DNA from: Camelus ferus
Taxonomy: Eukaryota
Length of the DNA stretch: 60,000 nucleotides
Direction: 5' to 3'
NCBI RefSeq assembly: GCF_009834535.1
Contig: NC_045697.1
Location: 3,226,001 to 3,286,000, forward strand
The translations under genes and the position numbers were made by a program. Positions 22,186 through 34,374 of the stretch are shown here, piece by piece (position 1 is the stretch's first letter; every line of letters starts with the position of its first letter). The notes beneath the pieces are model-generated. The model had not been told where the DNA came from, searched no databases, and saw nothing but the letters and a program-made list of their open reading frames with translations.

Positions 22186-25100
22186 AGACGCGGACGCTCC
22201 GGCTCCTGTGGCGTCGCCCCTCCAGTGACCCGGGGAGCGCCGGAGGCTCCAGCAGCGGAAGGACGCCTGGGGCCTGGGGCCGGGACCCAGACCCGCTCAC
22301 GTGTCTCCTCTCTACTGTCCAATGGTTCCCCTTAAAGAGATTTACTTGTAACGCTTTGGCTTCCAACTTCATTTGTTAAAAGACAAAGAGGGATGGATGG
22401 AGAAGCCGTCCGTGGCTGGTGGAGAAGCCGCTTCCCTCTCCCCAGTCAGGTGGGCGCTTGGACCAGCTTCAGCCCAGCCCGGGCCGACGGCGAGCGGCGG
22501 CCGGTGGACGGCGCGGCCCGCGCCGCCCGGCCTGGGTGTGGTGCGGCCGGCGGCCCGTGCTCCCGCAGGAGGACCCTGGCTTGCAGCCGCGGCGCCAGCA
22601 GCACGCCTTCCCCGAGGCGCGGCGCCCCCGCCCCGCACGCCGGGCCCTGTCACTGTCACTGGGGTAAAGGCGTGACACAATTGTGCTGTGAAGCGTTTTT
22701 TACCTTTTTTTTTTAACTTTCTGGACAGATGCTTTTGTCACCAGGACATGAAAAGCTGCCACTGGTTTTAAACTTTGAAACTCTCTCCTCGCTGCGTGTC
22801 ACACTCAGCTCCAAGGGCTTTGCCGAGATTCTCTGTCCTGTTTTGTTAATTATTTGTCCTGCTTTTGAGAGGCAGCAGAGTGTTCTGACACTGCATGAAT
22901 GTGTGTCCTTTCCCACTTTTCCCGACACCCGAGCCCTTTCTACCCACCCCGAGCCAGCAGGCCACCCTCAGAGAACTGGGCGACCTCGGGCAACGCTCAC
23001 ACTCGTTCCTGGTGGGCGCGTCAGTGCTTTGAAAGGCGGCGGGTTCTGGAAACTGTACAACTTAGGGCAGAAGAGGGCCCTTGAGAGAAGTAAACACTCG
23101 GTTTACGTCCTGCCTTGGGGCGTGGCCGTCCAGGTGGGGCCCCGTGGTTTCCATGTTTGCCCCCAGAGGGGTGTTTCTGGGAGCGGTCAGTCAGGAAGGC
23201 GTGAAGGGCGGCCAGGCCCACGGGTAGAGCTAGATCGGGTCTGAGAACCAGGCCAGCCCCCCTTGGTCAGACGGGGGCCTCTCGGGAGCCCTCCTTGTGG
23301 GAGGGGGACCCCCTGCCGCAGAGACCCGAGTTCCCCTGAGCCCTCCGCACCCCAAGTCACACAAGGAGACAGGCCGGCTCTCCCCGCAGGGGCTGCAGGC
23401 CTGCCGCTTACTGCTTGGGCTGTGTCTCACCCGATAAGGGAACAGGAGGCCAGAAAGCCGCCTGCCTGCGTTTCCCCCCCAGACGTGCCCACGAGCGCAT
23501 CCCGGGGCGGCCACGTCTCCCGCCGGCCTTGCTGGTCCGGGCTGGGGTTGGCACAGCCCTGAGGTCTTGCTCGGGCTGTTTGGTTTCACTGAGCAGAGCA
23601 GGGGAGCAGGCTCACTGCCAAGGGAGGCCCTCCAGCAGGGCGCGCGCGTCCACCGAGTCCACCGGACGCTTGGATGGGTCTCAGAGCCGTCTGCCTGGCG
23701 CATCTCCAGCTCGTAGGCCGTCAGCTGGCGCCCTCACCCTTCCCCGCCCTCCGCGGTTTGTGTGGCAGGTGGAGGGCACCTCACCAGCACGTACACAGTT
23801 GCCCCTCCCCCGCCGTCCCCAGTTAATCCAGGTAGGAAGTGGGGAGGGAGGGGCCTCCCCAAGCCCAGGGCCATCTTCCCGGCACTCCTGTTCGTCCATC
23901 AGCGCAGGAAGCTGGACCACTTGGCATCATATGAAGCTAATTTTCCGTAAAGGGAAAATGTTTGACCTACCATAGCTTCTTGCTGCCTTCCGGTCAAATT
24001 AATAGTCTCCAGTTAAACCTCTGCGGCCGTCCTGATTGGCAGCCAACTCTGCCCCAGACGAGGGCCAGATTTCGACGGTTATTAAGAAGGGAAGATGTGA
24101 GCATTGTGTGCCCATGAGCTGAGCCCAGCACAGGTGGGCAGTCACTGGCAGGTGGACCATTAGCAGAGGTCACCTCCACCATCTCCATGGGTCACACCAT
24201 TGGTGCCAGAGCCAAGGTTTGGACCCTGCTCTTCAGACACCTGGCATACATAGTTTGTGTTTTTAAGAAACAGCTTTTTAAATTGACTTTCATAACCATA
24301 AGCCTTTTAAAGAGGATGGTGCGTTCAACCCCGCTGCGTCCGCCCCGTGGAAGGCGAGGCCGCCAACGCCCGGCTCCTTTGATACCATGTTTCCTCTTGA
24401 TGTTTTTACATTTGATAAGAAAGTCAGTTTAAAGCATTTGCTTCAAAATAAGGTATTTATTTGTATATGTTCAACAAGTATAGTTTTAATTTATGTCTGT
24501 GCCTGTTAGACGCACCGTGGACACCTGGTCAGAACTCTGACAGGGACCTCGTTACCCTCCCAAAACACGCCCCAGGGACACGGGCGGCCATGAGACAGCT
24601 GTGGCAGCCAGGCTCAGGGCGGGGTCGGGGGGGGGGCAGCCTGACCTCGGCCCTCGCTCCTGGGGTGCAGGTCCCATTCCGCTGGGAGAAGTCAGATTCC
24701 TCAAGAGCTGTCATCCGCTCCTGACAGAAATAGTGATGGTCTGAGGGTGCCCTGTCACCCCTGATGTGGGCCAGGTGGAGTCCGCCCAAGGAGGGTCAGG
24801 CGGGCCCGACTGTGGGTGTCCAGGGAGCCAGCAGCACCCTGCCCACTCTCCCAGCCTCAGGATGGCCCTTGGAGGGGGCGCAGGGAGGGTCTGCGGTGGT
24901 CCCAGATGCTTTCCCAAGCGCTTCGGGGACCACACATGCAAAAGCAGTCTTGTCCCCTCAGGTTCAGACACCTTGGTGCGGTCCAGCCTGACATCCACCT
25001 CCCTCCTCTTGCGCATCCGTGAGTAGGTTTGAGCTGTTTCTAGGCACCCAGGATCACTCTGATAGGCTGCAGGTGTTCTGCCTTTCGGACAGTCTGTCTC

Positions 25101-26515
25101 AAAAAGTGTGTGTCCTGGGCCCTGAAGGCCCCCCACTCCCCAAGGAAGGAGTTTTAGATTCTTGTTAATCGTGGCAACAATTTGCAATTTAGGTACAGGT
25201 GTCCAGGGGGCAGCTTTGAAGCTGGGGTGGGCGTAGGGTTTTGGGGAAGCTCATTTGCTGTGGTCCCATCTTTCCAGGACACCTGTCAGCACGCTGTTGG
25301 GAAGGACATGTGAATTTTGCCCACAGACCTAGTTCACCAGGCGCTGTTCTGTTTATTCACCTCGTCCCGTCTGTCAGGAACCTTCCCAGGCTGGGCACAG
25401 GGGCGGCGCGCTGGGGCGGGGCCTCTCCCGCCAGGGAGGTGGTGTGGACGCCGCGTCTGCACCCCTGCCCGTCCCTGCACCGCCGGCGGCGGGGGCTGCC
25501 CTGCGGGTGCAGCAGGCAGCGCCCTCCTCGGCTCATAAAACGGTCACGGCAACACTTACATGTTAAACTGTTGCCTTCCTCTTTTTCTTCCCTAAAATAA
25601 TTGTTTAATGAGAACAATAATCTCCGCTCCTGGCCTGGTTTTAAAGAGGGGGTTTTGTTGTCGCCAGTACTGTCTTCTCCCCACGCCGGGCCGCATTGAT
25701 ACTGTGAAATAAACTCCAGCTGGTGAAGTAACACTCTCATGCCTCGCACCGCGGCGCAGCACCGCCCGCCTCCGCCCCGGCCGCAGCGGGCAGCCTGTCA
25801 TTTCTCAAGGTGGGAAAGCGTCCCACCCAGAGAACTGTCGGCCTCACGCGCGTCCTTTTTGCCATCTTTTGTGAAATATTTCCAGTTGCGTTCTTCCAGG
25901 AAAGCTTAACTTCACGGTGTTGTTACAAGTGTCACCAGGCGTTTCCAGTTGTTGCCATGGAAGAAGTTTTCCAGGTGGGATCATCAAGACCCTCATTCTT
26001 AGGGACCAAAGGTTTTTAATAAGATACTCTTTGATTTTCTAATGAGAAAGGGAAAATTACCTTTAAATTTCAACATCAGCTTTTAAATTACAGGTACTCA
26101 GCACCAATTGACCATGGCTCTAAGTTGTAAAATGTTTTCATATTAAGAATGTAATTATTTCCTTATTGTATTTTTTAAAAACAAAAGTCGTATTTAAAAA
26201 TTCTCTTTGAAAGAAGCAAGCAACAGGAAAGATTTTTTAATTAAATATGTTGGCAGTGCCCATTTTAAATAACTGTAAATATATTTTTCACTGTGTTTCT
26301 CAATGTATTTAATTCATAAAGTAAAAAAATTTATCAGAAGAAACTTGCATTGGAAATACTCGTTCTCAGCCCATTTGCCCGACCTGTAGTAGCCTCACCT
26401 GAACTTTCTGCTTTACGACAGGAGTTTTCTACAGTTTCACACGCTGTAGCCCGACCGGTGCCCTGCGGCGTGCCTCGACGTGTGTAACTAATAAACTCCG
26501 CTCTTCCCACCCGGC
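22186..26515 (+). other. AFAP1: AFAP1 3'UTR (~4.3 kb, end approximate)
   Basis: Runs from the stop codon through an AT-rich distal block (26000-26340) to AATAAA at 26490. Confidence 0.7.
26490..26495 (+). terminator. AFAP1: AFAP1 polyadenylation signal AATAAA
   Basis: Canonical hexamer after an AU-rich 3'UTR block, followed by GT/T-rich sequence (gtgtcttg) ~25 nt downstream. Confidence 0.7.
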
Positions 26516-29500
26516 CTCCGTGTCTTGACCACCTTGGCTCCTGGGCGGACAGGGAGGGCCTTCCCCCTAAATGGAGGGGGTGTTAGGCTCGGGGTGGGGC
26601 CCGCGCTTTGTGTCTTGGGCGAGAATCCTCTTTCCCAAAAGAAGCAGTGTTTTTAAAAAATGGCTTTTAGTCCCCAGGCCTGACCAGTCACGTCCAGGAA
26701 CGCCAGGCCCCTGCGGAGTGCCGGCTTTGCGCCTGGGGGCCCGGGGCCCGAACGGGTGTGACTGCCCTCAGGGTGCTCACTCCATCCAAGGAGTAAACAG
26801 GTCACGTGTAAACAGGTCACTCCCAGTGCAGGGCTCATGGAGAGTTCCCGAACCACTGGAGACAGCTGCCTTCGGGGCAGTTGGCAGGGTTTGCGGGGTG
26901 GGCATTTGAGCTAGGTCGTGGCGCTTAAATAGGAGTTCAGCAGGAAGAGAGGCGAGGGAGGCCCGGCAGGAGCAGAGGGTGAGAGCCCAGCCCCCGGGCA
27001 GAGGGGCAGCTGAGCAGCTGGTACCTGGGCCAGGGGCTGGGGCTGGGGGTAAGGTGGAAGGCGAGTCCGGAGGAGCGGGCTGGAGTCAGACCAAGGCCTC
27101 CGGTCGGGCAGAGGGGAGACTGTGGAGTGCGCCCAGGGCTCCCTGTGTTGGGGGGATGGCAGATTTCTGGTTTTAGAAAGACCACTGCCAGTGGGACAAG
27201 AGGGGTCAGAGTGGAGGCCCAGGCAGACCTGTGCAGCTGCGCTCGGCTGGTACCAGGGGCAGAAATGTCCCTGGGGGTGTGCACGCCCACCCAAGGGCCA
27301 GTGCAGACACAGGTCGGACAGAGGAGCCCAGGGGCCGTCCCCACTGTCACCTGATGTAACACACGGGGTGGCCACAGCTTGGTCAGAGCGGCGAGGGTGA
27401 GGTCGTGAGCTCGGGCCTGGCCGGAGCACAGCCTGCAGGACACCTGGGTCCACAGGCAGGAGAGGCATGTCTGATGGTGGGAGGCGTGGCCTGTGTGTAT
27501 GACCCGGGGATGCCCAGGTGACAAACGACCCAGCTAGACCCACCTTTCAGAGCTGGAGGACCAGGTGACCCTGCCGTGCCTCCGTGCCCCTCATCATCCT
27601 CTGCCTGGGGCATGGGGTGGGCGTTGGCTGGTCCGTCTGAAGTAACTAGGGACACTTCCCTTGTTAGAATGAGGCCCCCGTCCTGGAGGGGGAGGCGAGG
27701 TCCGTTCTCCAGGCTGCCTTTGGTGACAGGAAAATCATCCATGTGCTCTCGGCGCCCTTCGAGAAACCACGAGGCAGCCCTCCTGCCCACCACTCTGTCC
27801 GGTGGAGGGTCACTCGTCTCCCCGAGGGGCCCGGTTAGGCTTTATTAAACCTGCTTTCAACTGATGCTCCTCCAGCCCTAAACACGAGTCACGTCCTGGT
27901 GGGCTGTCGGATGGAAAGGTAGCACCTCGTTAATTTCTTATAAAACTTAGCAAAACGACACCGGGGCTCTTGGCTTTGCTTCTTAAAACCACGGGGATGA
28001 CTCGGGTCTCCATCACGTGAGCTGTAATTCTGGGAGCAGGCAACACAAACCTTCCCCGGCATAAATCAGGAGCCAGCTCATCAATGGGAGGCAGGGAAAA
28101 CATGAGCCGATGTCTGCGGCCCAGAAATTTTACGATGGAAACTTCATCAATTTTATGATGCTGTTAAAAATGGCCATCTTTTCATGTGACAGGACCAATT
28201 AGTCAAGAAACGGTGTAGGAAACATAGCAGGAACAAGGGCCCGGTGAAGTGGGTCCAGTGTACTGGTCTCCTGGACTGAGGGGCTAATCCCAGCTGGTCC
28301 TGGACGCCGAGCGGGCTGGTCTCTCCTGGAACCGCACCCCCCTCCCCCGGGCCAGTGCAAAGCCGAGAGCTGACCACTTCCGTCCTCGGGGAGGCTGGCC
28401 TCCGACCGGGAGGGCTGTCCGTTTACTAAGCATGTCTTCTTATTCTGATGCTCTGACACCTGGGACCTCACTGACCCTGGAGGGACAGCCAGTTCCTAGA
28501 GACGGTCAAGGACTCACCAGCAAACACACAAGTTCATGTGTGAACCAACCAGTCCAGAGTCCACACCCCCACCACCTCCTTTATGAGGCTCACAAGTCTG
28601 GACCACCATCCCTCTCCCTCATCACCCCAGGGCCAGGTACCCCACAGCTGGGGCCAGCCCTGCGTCCCAGAGCAAACTGAGATTCCCAGACCAGCCCCCC
28701 AAGGCTGCTAGCCCTGCCTCGCTTGTTCCTTCCTGTGAAACCACTGAAGGCTCTTCCCACCCCCACCCCCACCCCCGCCCCTGGACGCCTCTGTGCTTCC
28801 CCACCTGGCCCTGCGTGGCCTGGCGGGGTGCGGCCCCTCCTCTTGGGAACGGAGAGTACAAGGAACTGACCTTTTCAGTGGCAGCCTCTCCTGACCTGCT
28901 GGCCTCTGCATGCTGCGTAATAATAAAGCCTGTGGTTTAAAACACCCCGGTCCCATGGAAAAGGCACAGCTGGGCACCGAGTGTCTGCTGCACACATATC
29001 GAGTGACGAGAGACTTACCCGTCTCTGAAACGTCCTGCAAGACACTAACTGAGCTGAAACCCCTTTCTCTGTGGGTTATCTTCCCAGCAGGATGAACACT
29101 CCTGTTTTCTTCCACTAACCATTCATTCACTTACTCCTTTGGGGAATATTTACTGAGCACTCACTGTGCTGGGGGCACTTGGAGGCAGGAAAGCCGACTA
29201 AACTGGCAGCATCTGCCCCTCCCTGCAGCTGGTGACGGACACGCGTGTTAAACAGGCGACCTCGCTAATACACACGTCATTATACGTCGTGGGCCAGGCG
29301 TCGTGAAGCCAAAACAGACGTCACGGAGAGCCAGCCCAGTCCCCGAGATCCCGCCCTGCCGCGGTCTTAAACCACACGCCCAACCCGGGGTCCCGGTCAG
29401 GCGCGTGGAGACGCTTTACCTTCTCTCTCCCGCTTCTGTGTTTGTCACGACGAATATTGTTAAGCGGTACGGACGCTACCACGATCCCTTTCTGCCTCCC

Positions 29501-29577
29501 ACACCGTCCACAAGGGGCAGCTTGCCTTTGAACCACCTCTTGGTGGGTAAGAAGGTGTCTTTGTGGGTTTTCCCCCC

Positions 29578-29765
29578 ATCTTTTTTCACTGAGGTACAGT
29601 TGATTTACAGTGTTGCAGGTGCACAGCACAGTGACTCAGTTCTACATACGTATATAAATCTATTCTTTTTCAGATGCTTTCCCTTTGCAGGTCACTACAA
29701 GGTAGTGAGTACAGCCCCCTGTGCGCCACAGTGGGACCTTGGTGGTTTTCTATTTTACGTAGGTT
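29578..29765 (-). mobile_element. Artiodactyl-type L1 3' terminus
   Basis: tttttcactgaggtacagttgatttacagtgtt...cagcacagtgactcagt..tattctttttcagat resembles the L1_Art-type 3' end, reversed. Confidence 0.7.
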
Positions 29766-30106
29766 AATCCCATACCAGCTTTCCCCCACTTTGGAAAGTG
29801 CACAGATCACACGTTCTTGCACACTTTTAAATCTAAGCGTGCTCTTCTGCTTCACAAATGAGTTAACACTCAGACACAGCAGCCGCCTCCATACCCGCCC
29901 CCCGCCGGCCCCTCCCCTGGTCTCCGCCTCCGGAACAGCAGAGAAGTCTGAGCCCTTCTGACCCCCCCCGCGTAAGTAGTCTGTACATTCTGTTTAGAAC
30001 TTTGTAGGACTTTTTTCTTCCGGCATCCCTGGGTGGGCGGGAATTTTTAGGACTTCTTCATCTTTATGGTTCAAATTCTGAAATTCTTAGAGAATGGACT
30101 TGATAC

Positions 30107-30710
30107 TGTTACCGGGAAAAGGGAAATGAGAATTACCTCGGTTCTTAGTCTCCCGGAAAAAAAAAGAATTTTTAACCAGAGACAGCGTGATATCAGCAAG
30201 ATTTTTATTAGGAAAGTAAAATGGTAGTAAAAGATGGTACACCCCCGAGAGCTGGGAGGGGCCGTCCGAGAGCGGAGAGGTGGCGCCGCTCCTGTTCTGC
30301 CGCCTTGTGTCCTGGCTTAGGGGCGCGTCTGTGATTGATTGATTGACTGACTAACGGCTCAGGTTCTCTGAGTGATCAGGCTGATCGACAGCTCGGGTCC
30401 CTGGTGCTCTGGCGCGCCCGTCCCCTTCGGGGCGGGTTCTTGCGCGGGAAGCACACGGAGAAGCCTAGGGAGGGCTCCCGCTGCGATGTTAATGACACTG
30501 AGAGGAGCCCTGGGTCCGGTGGCGCCGGGTCCTCTTCTGCGCAGCTGCAGCGTTTTGATTTTAACTGGCTTCTTTTGCTGGCCTTCATTTAGAGAAAGTA
30601 AAAATTTCTGGAGTCCCTTATCCTGAATGCAGACAGACTGTTATTTTCTGAGTTGCTCCTCCCCTCCCCCACCCCGCCCGGTGCTCATTTCTGTCTGACT
30701 TACTGCGTCA
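30107..30710 (-). mobile_element. Probable solo ERV LTR (~600 bp)
   Basis: TG...CA termini on the minus strand, AATAAA ~100 nt before the 3' end (30209-30204), GATTGATTG repeats; no clear TSD found. Confidence 0.5.
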
Positions 30711-31814
30711 GCCTTCGGAGCTGCAGGCTCAGAGTGTTCTCAGCTGTCTGCGGGGGTTGATTCCCGAGGAAGCCTGCTGCACGGTGAGCTCACTGGTCTC
30801 TTACAAGGCTTTTATCCTTGTCCCTCATCCCTTTCCCATGTCTGGAGATGTGCAGTCTGCTCTCTGCAGTGGGGACACCGTGTCACACAGTCACCTTCTG
30901 CTTTTGATTGTCCTTAATGCAAGTAAATGCTAATTCTGTTCTCGCGTCTTCACTTTCCTCCCTCATCTCCCTCCGGCGACTCCCCTTCCTACTCAGGCTG
31001 GGACCGCCACTATCTTGTTTCAAAGACGGTGTGGTTTCTTGCATTTCACATCGAGATGCGATGCATACAATTTCTAAAGTTTCCTCCAGCCCCCTGTAAT
31101 AAACTGTCCTCCACAACCTGTGCCTTCTCCCCGCACCCGCCGCTGCGCTCCCGCTGTCTCAGGGCAGCCTGTCTTCCTGGCCCCGCTGACGCTGCGGTGG
31201 TTTCTTCCCAGTTACTTCTTCTTGAATGAGGAGCGCTCCCTTCAGACCACGTATTTCCCGCTCACGAGCTGTGTGTCCTGTCTCCGCCTCGCTGCCCTTT
31301 TATATGCTGAAGGCATTCTTGTTTTCCATGTTAATCTGGAAGGCAGAGTGAGGGGCACAGGCCCCAGACCAGTCGTGAGTATCCAGCAGGCCATCACTGA
31401 ATGTGCATGTCTGGAATTGACCCCGTGGCCTAGTGTGAAGCCTGTAGATCAAGCATTTACTTCTTCATCTGCGGTGGTTCTTTGTCCCAAACTCAGGGAC
31501 GTGTTGTGGCCCCACTTCTGGCTTGGGGTGAGGGTAGGGGCACGTGTGGCTCAAGATAAGGACAGTGAGCTCTAGGGATTCCTTTGGGATGACCATGTGA
31601 CCTGGCCAGAGCCTCTAGACTTTATAAGAGGATGATGCCCAGTCTGGAGCTGCTGCAGCCATTTTGTGACCTGAGAACACCTACGTGCCTCCTGCCTGAG
31701 CAGTGGACTGTGGCTAGGAGAAACAGTCACACCAAAAGTCTCCATATAATACTGTGATGCAAAGCTCGAGGGATGTAGGTTTCTATTCTGAGAGTGACTG
31801 CCATGCACAGAGAC

Positions 31815-32296
31815 TGCTCACTTTAGGACCGAAGATGCTACCAGGGACACACCTGTAGCCGGACAGATGGGTGGTCCTCGTGCAGTGAGGGAGAGAGTGC
31901 ATCACCGGCCCTGGGGGGCGGCTCAGTCAGAGGGGCTGGGAAGGCCTGGCCAGAGGGTGGGCCGCGGGAGGGGGCTCGGGACGACTCAGGTGCTGTCGGG
32001 AAGCGGGGCCCCGCTGTGAACCGGCAGCTCGATGCTCCAGGCTAGAAGGAGGGGCTCAGGAGGCTGAGCCGTGACGGGTGAAGGCATGGCCCCCACTCGC
32101 TCAGCCGCGAAGGCCTGGGGTCACCTCTGGCCGGTCTGTGCTCAGGTGTGACACTCTCAGCTCTGGCCCGTTGCTCGCAGCCACAGAGGCCTGGTGACGT
32201 GTGTGCAGACAGAAGGCCCGGCCCCGCGGGGCTGGCCCAGCCGGAGCCGCCTGTCGGGGCCGCTTTTCTCTCTCTCGGTGCAGTGGGGCTTTCTCA
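31815..32296. mobile_element. Old ERVL-type LTR remnant (MER68/MER77-like)
   Basis: ctcgtgcagtgagggagaga...ctcagtcagagggg...aagg and terminal gctttctca resemble recalled MER21/68/77 consensi. Confidence 0.35.
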
Positions 32297-33284
32297 GAAG
32301 GGTCCTGATTTCAACTTTGCACAAATCCCCGCAGAAAGGGTGTTGATTTTGACACCAGCCTCAGCACCTGCTGGGGTATCTCCTGCAGGGGGACCCCAGC
32401 TGTGGCTGACGGATGGGGCTCGGGGCCTGCCAACTGAGAAATGAGGTGACCGCCTCTTCTGGGGGTCCCCACAGGCAGCGAGTGCCCCTCCAGCCCTGAG
32501 ACGGCTCACCTTCCCGAAGGAGGCCGCCAGGCCCTTGGAGGGACCTGTTTTCGACGATGTAGGATTGTCTTGGCTTCCTCGGTGACTGGCCATTTCTGCT
32601 TGAGTGGCAGGGTCGGGGCTGAGGACAGCGGCTTTGGAGGAAGTGTTTTTCCTCCACTGATTCCAATCTGTCTGTTCCACTGAGATTCACTGCTACCTGA
32701 TGACTCTGGACTTGGGTGTCTTGGGTGAAAGCCAGTTTGAGTCCTCCAGGAATTTGGGGTTTTGCTGGTTTAGAGCAAAGCCTCTTATTTGGGCTAAAAA
32801 TGATTTTCCCCTCCAAGTGCCTCAGTTCCCTGGTCTGTAGACAGGGGACCCTCACGCCTGCCCTGCTGACGAGAAGTGAAGGTGTGGCCACAGCGCCCGC
32901 ACTTTGTGGCCGGTCACATGGGCATGTTTGTGTCCTCGTCATCCTGACAGGAAGCTGTCACTGGCTGTGACATGGGGCAGTCCTAGGGCTGTGACCCCTA
33001 CAGGGTCCCCGTGGCCCCCACGTGGCCCCCTCTCCGAGTCTGGTCCATCATTACAGGAAAAGTTTCCAGGTGCATCGACGTGGGAGGAGCAAGCCTCTCA
33101 TCACACCCGCCGGCCCTTCCGGGGGGAAGACCCTCGAAAGAGCCCCCGGCACGCTGACGCCAGCCAGAGAGGAGGGCGTTCTCACCCCCCTGGGTCCTGG
33201 CGGTTAGAACAGGGAGAGGAAATGGCCCAATTCCGACGTCCTCCAAACACACTGCTGGTGCCGCCTCCACATCTGTCTTGTCTC

Positions 33285-33366
33285 TCCACACACACTACAC
33301 ACATCACATCACATCACACTCACACACACGCACACACAGACACCACGCACACAGATATGTACACAC
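33285..33366. repeat. Imperfect (CA)n
   Basis: Read directly. Confidence 0.85.
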
Positions 33367-33705
33367 TCCTCTCTGTCCCCTGGGCGGCATCCCAGCCTGG
33401 ATGGTCCCAACTCCTGCCTGTCTCACCGCCGCCTCCTCCTGGTCCTGCGGGCCCGGCTCAAATGTGCCTCTCATGGAAGATGGGTTCGGGTCACTGGGCC
33501 CCTGCTGGACCATGTGGTCACTGTCAGCTTCCCCACTGGCCTGGGTTCTCCTTCAGGGCCCAGGGGTCTCATCTCGTCCACTCGCGGGTCCGGCCCAGGG
33601 CCTGGCACCGGCTCAAGGGGCCTGAGGTCTGGGAGGAGGTGTTTGAGGTGTTGACACTAAACCCTGTCTGCAAGGATGGATTACAGCCCAGAGGGGGGGG
33701 GGGTG

Positions 33706-33845
33706 TCAGTGTGTGAGTTGTGTGTGTGTGTGTGTGCGTGTGTGAGTGTGCAGGTATATGTCTGTGTGTGTATGAGTGTGTGTCTGTGAGTGTGTAAGTA
33801 TATGTCTGTGTGTCTGTATGTGTGTGTGTGTGTGTGCGCGCGCGC
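33706..33845. repeat. Imperfect (TG)n ending in (CG)n
   Basis: Read directly. Confidence 0.9.
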
Positions 33846-34374
33846 ATGCAGGGGTGGCGGGCTGCTCTCACGTCCAAGCCGGGCCACACTCACCTGCCCC
33901 CGTCCCCCTCAGACACCAAGTGCGAAGCCAGAAACAGAAGGCCGCCACTCCAGGTGTGCGGAGCAGGCCCCTTCTTTTTTCCTATGCAGCCACGTAGAGG
34001 GCCTCCTGGAGCAGCTTTCCTGAACCCGAGGGCTCCCCGTCAGGGCAAAGGCCGCCCGCTGACCACGACGGGGCTTGCCCTCCAGCTCCTGGCTCCTCTC
34101 GCTGCAGAGGCCTCCGTGCCTCCCCGGGCCCGTGGCTGCGCCCCGGGGCCCCTCCGCCGGCCATCGGGGGAAGTGAGCCACGCTGGGGGAAGTATGTGAG
34201 GACGCGGTGACATTACCACGTTGCAGGTGGCACGTTCTGGATCCAGCAACTGAGACGGTCAGTGTCATGGCCCCCTTCCTGCTCCCAGCCCTGCTCGGAG
34301 TCCCTGGTCCCAGGTTCTGGGGCCAGGGTGTGTGTGTGTTCAGGGAAAGGTTTACAAACAGCATTATAATAAGG

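Noticed and set aside
32904..33716. 270-aa intergenic ORF
   Set aside because: Low-complexity P/G/R composition, spans a CA repeat, no recognisable domain; expected by chance at this GC content
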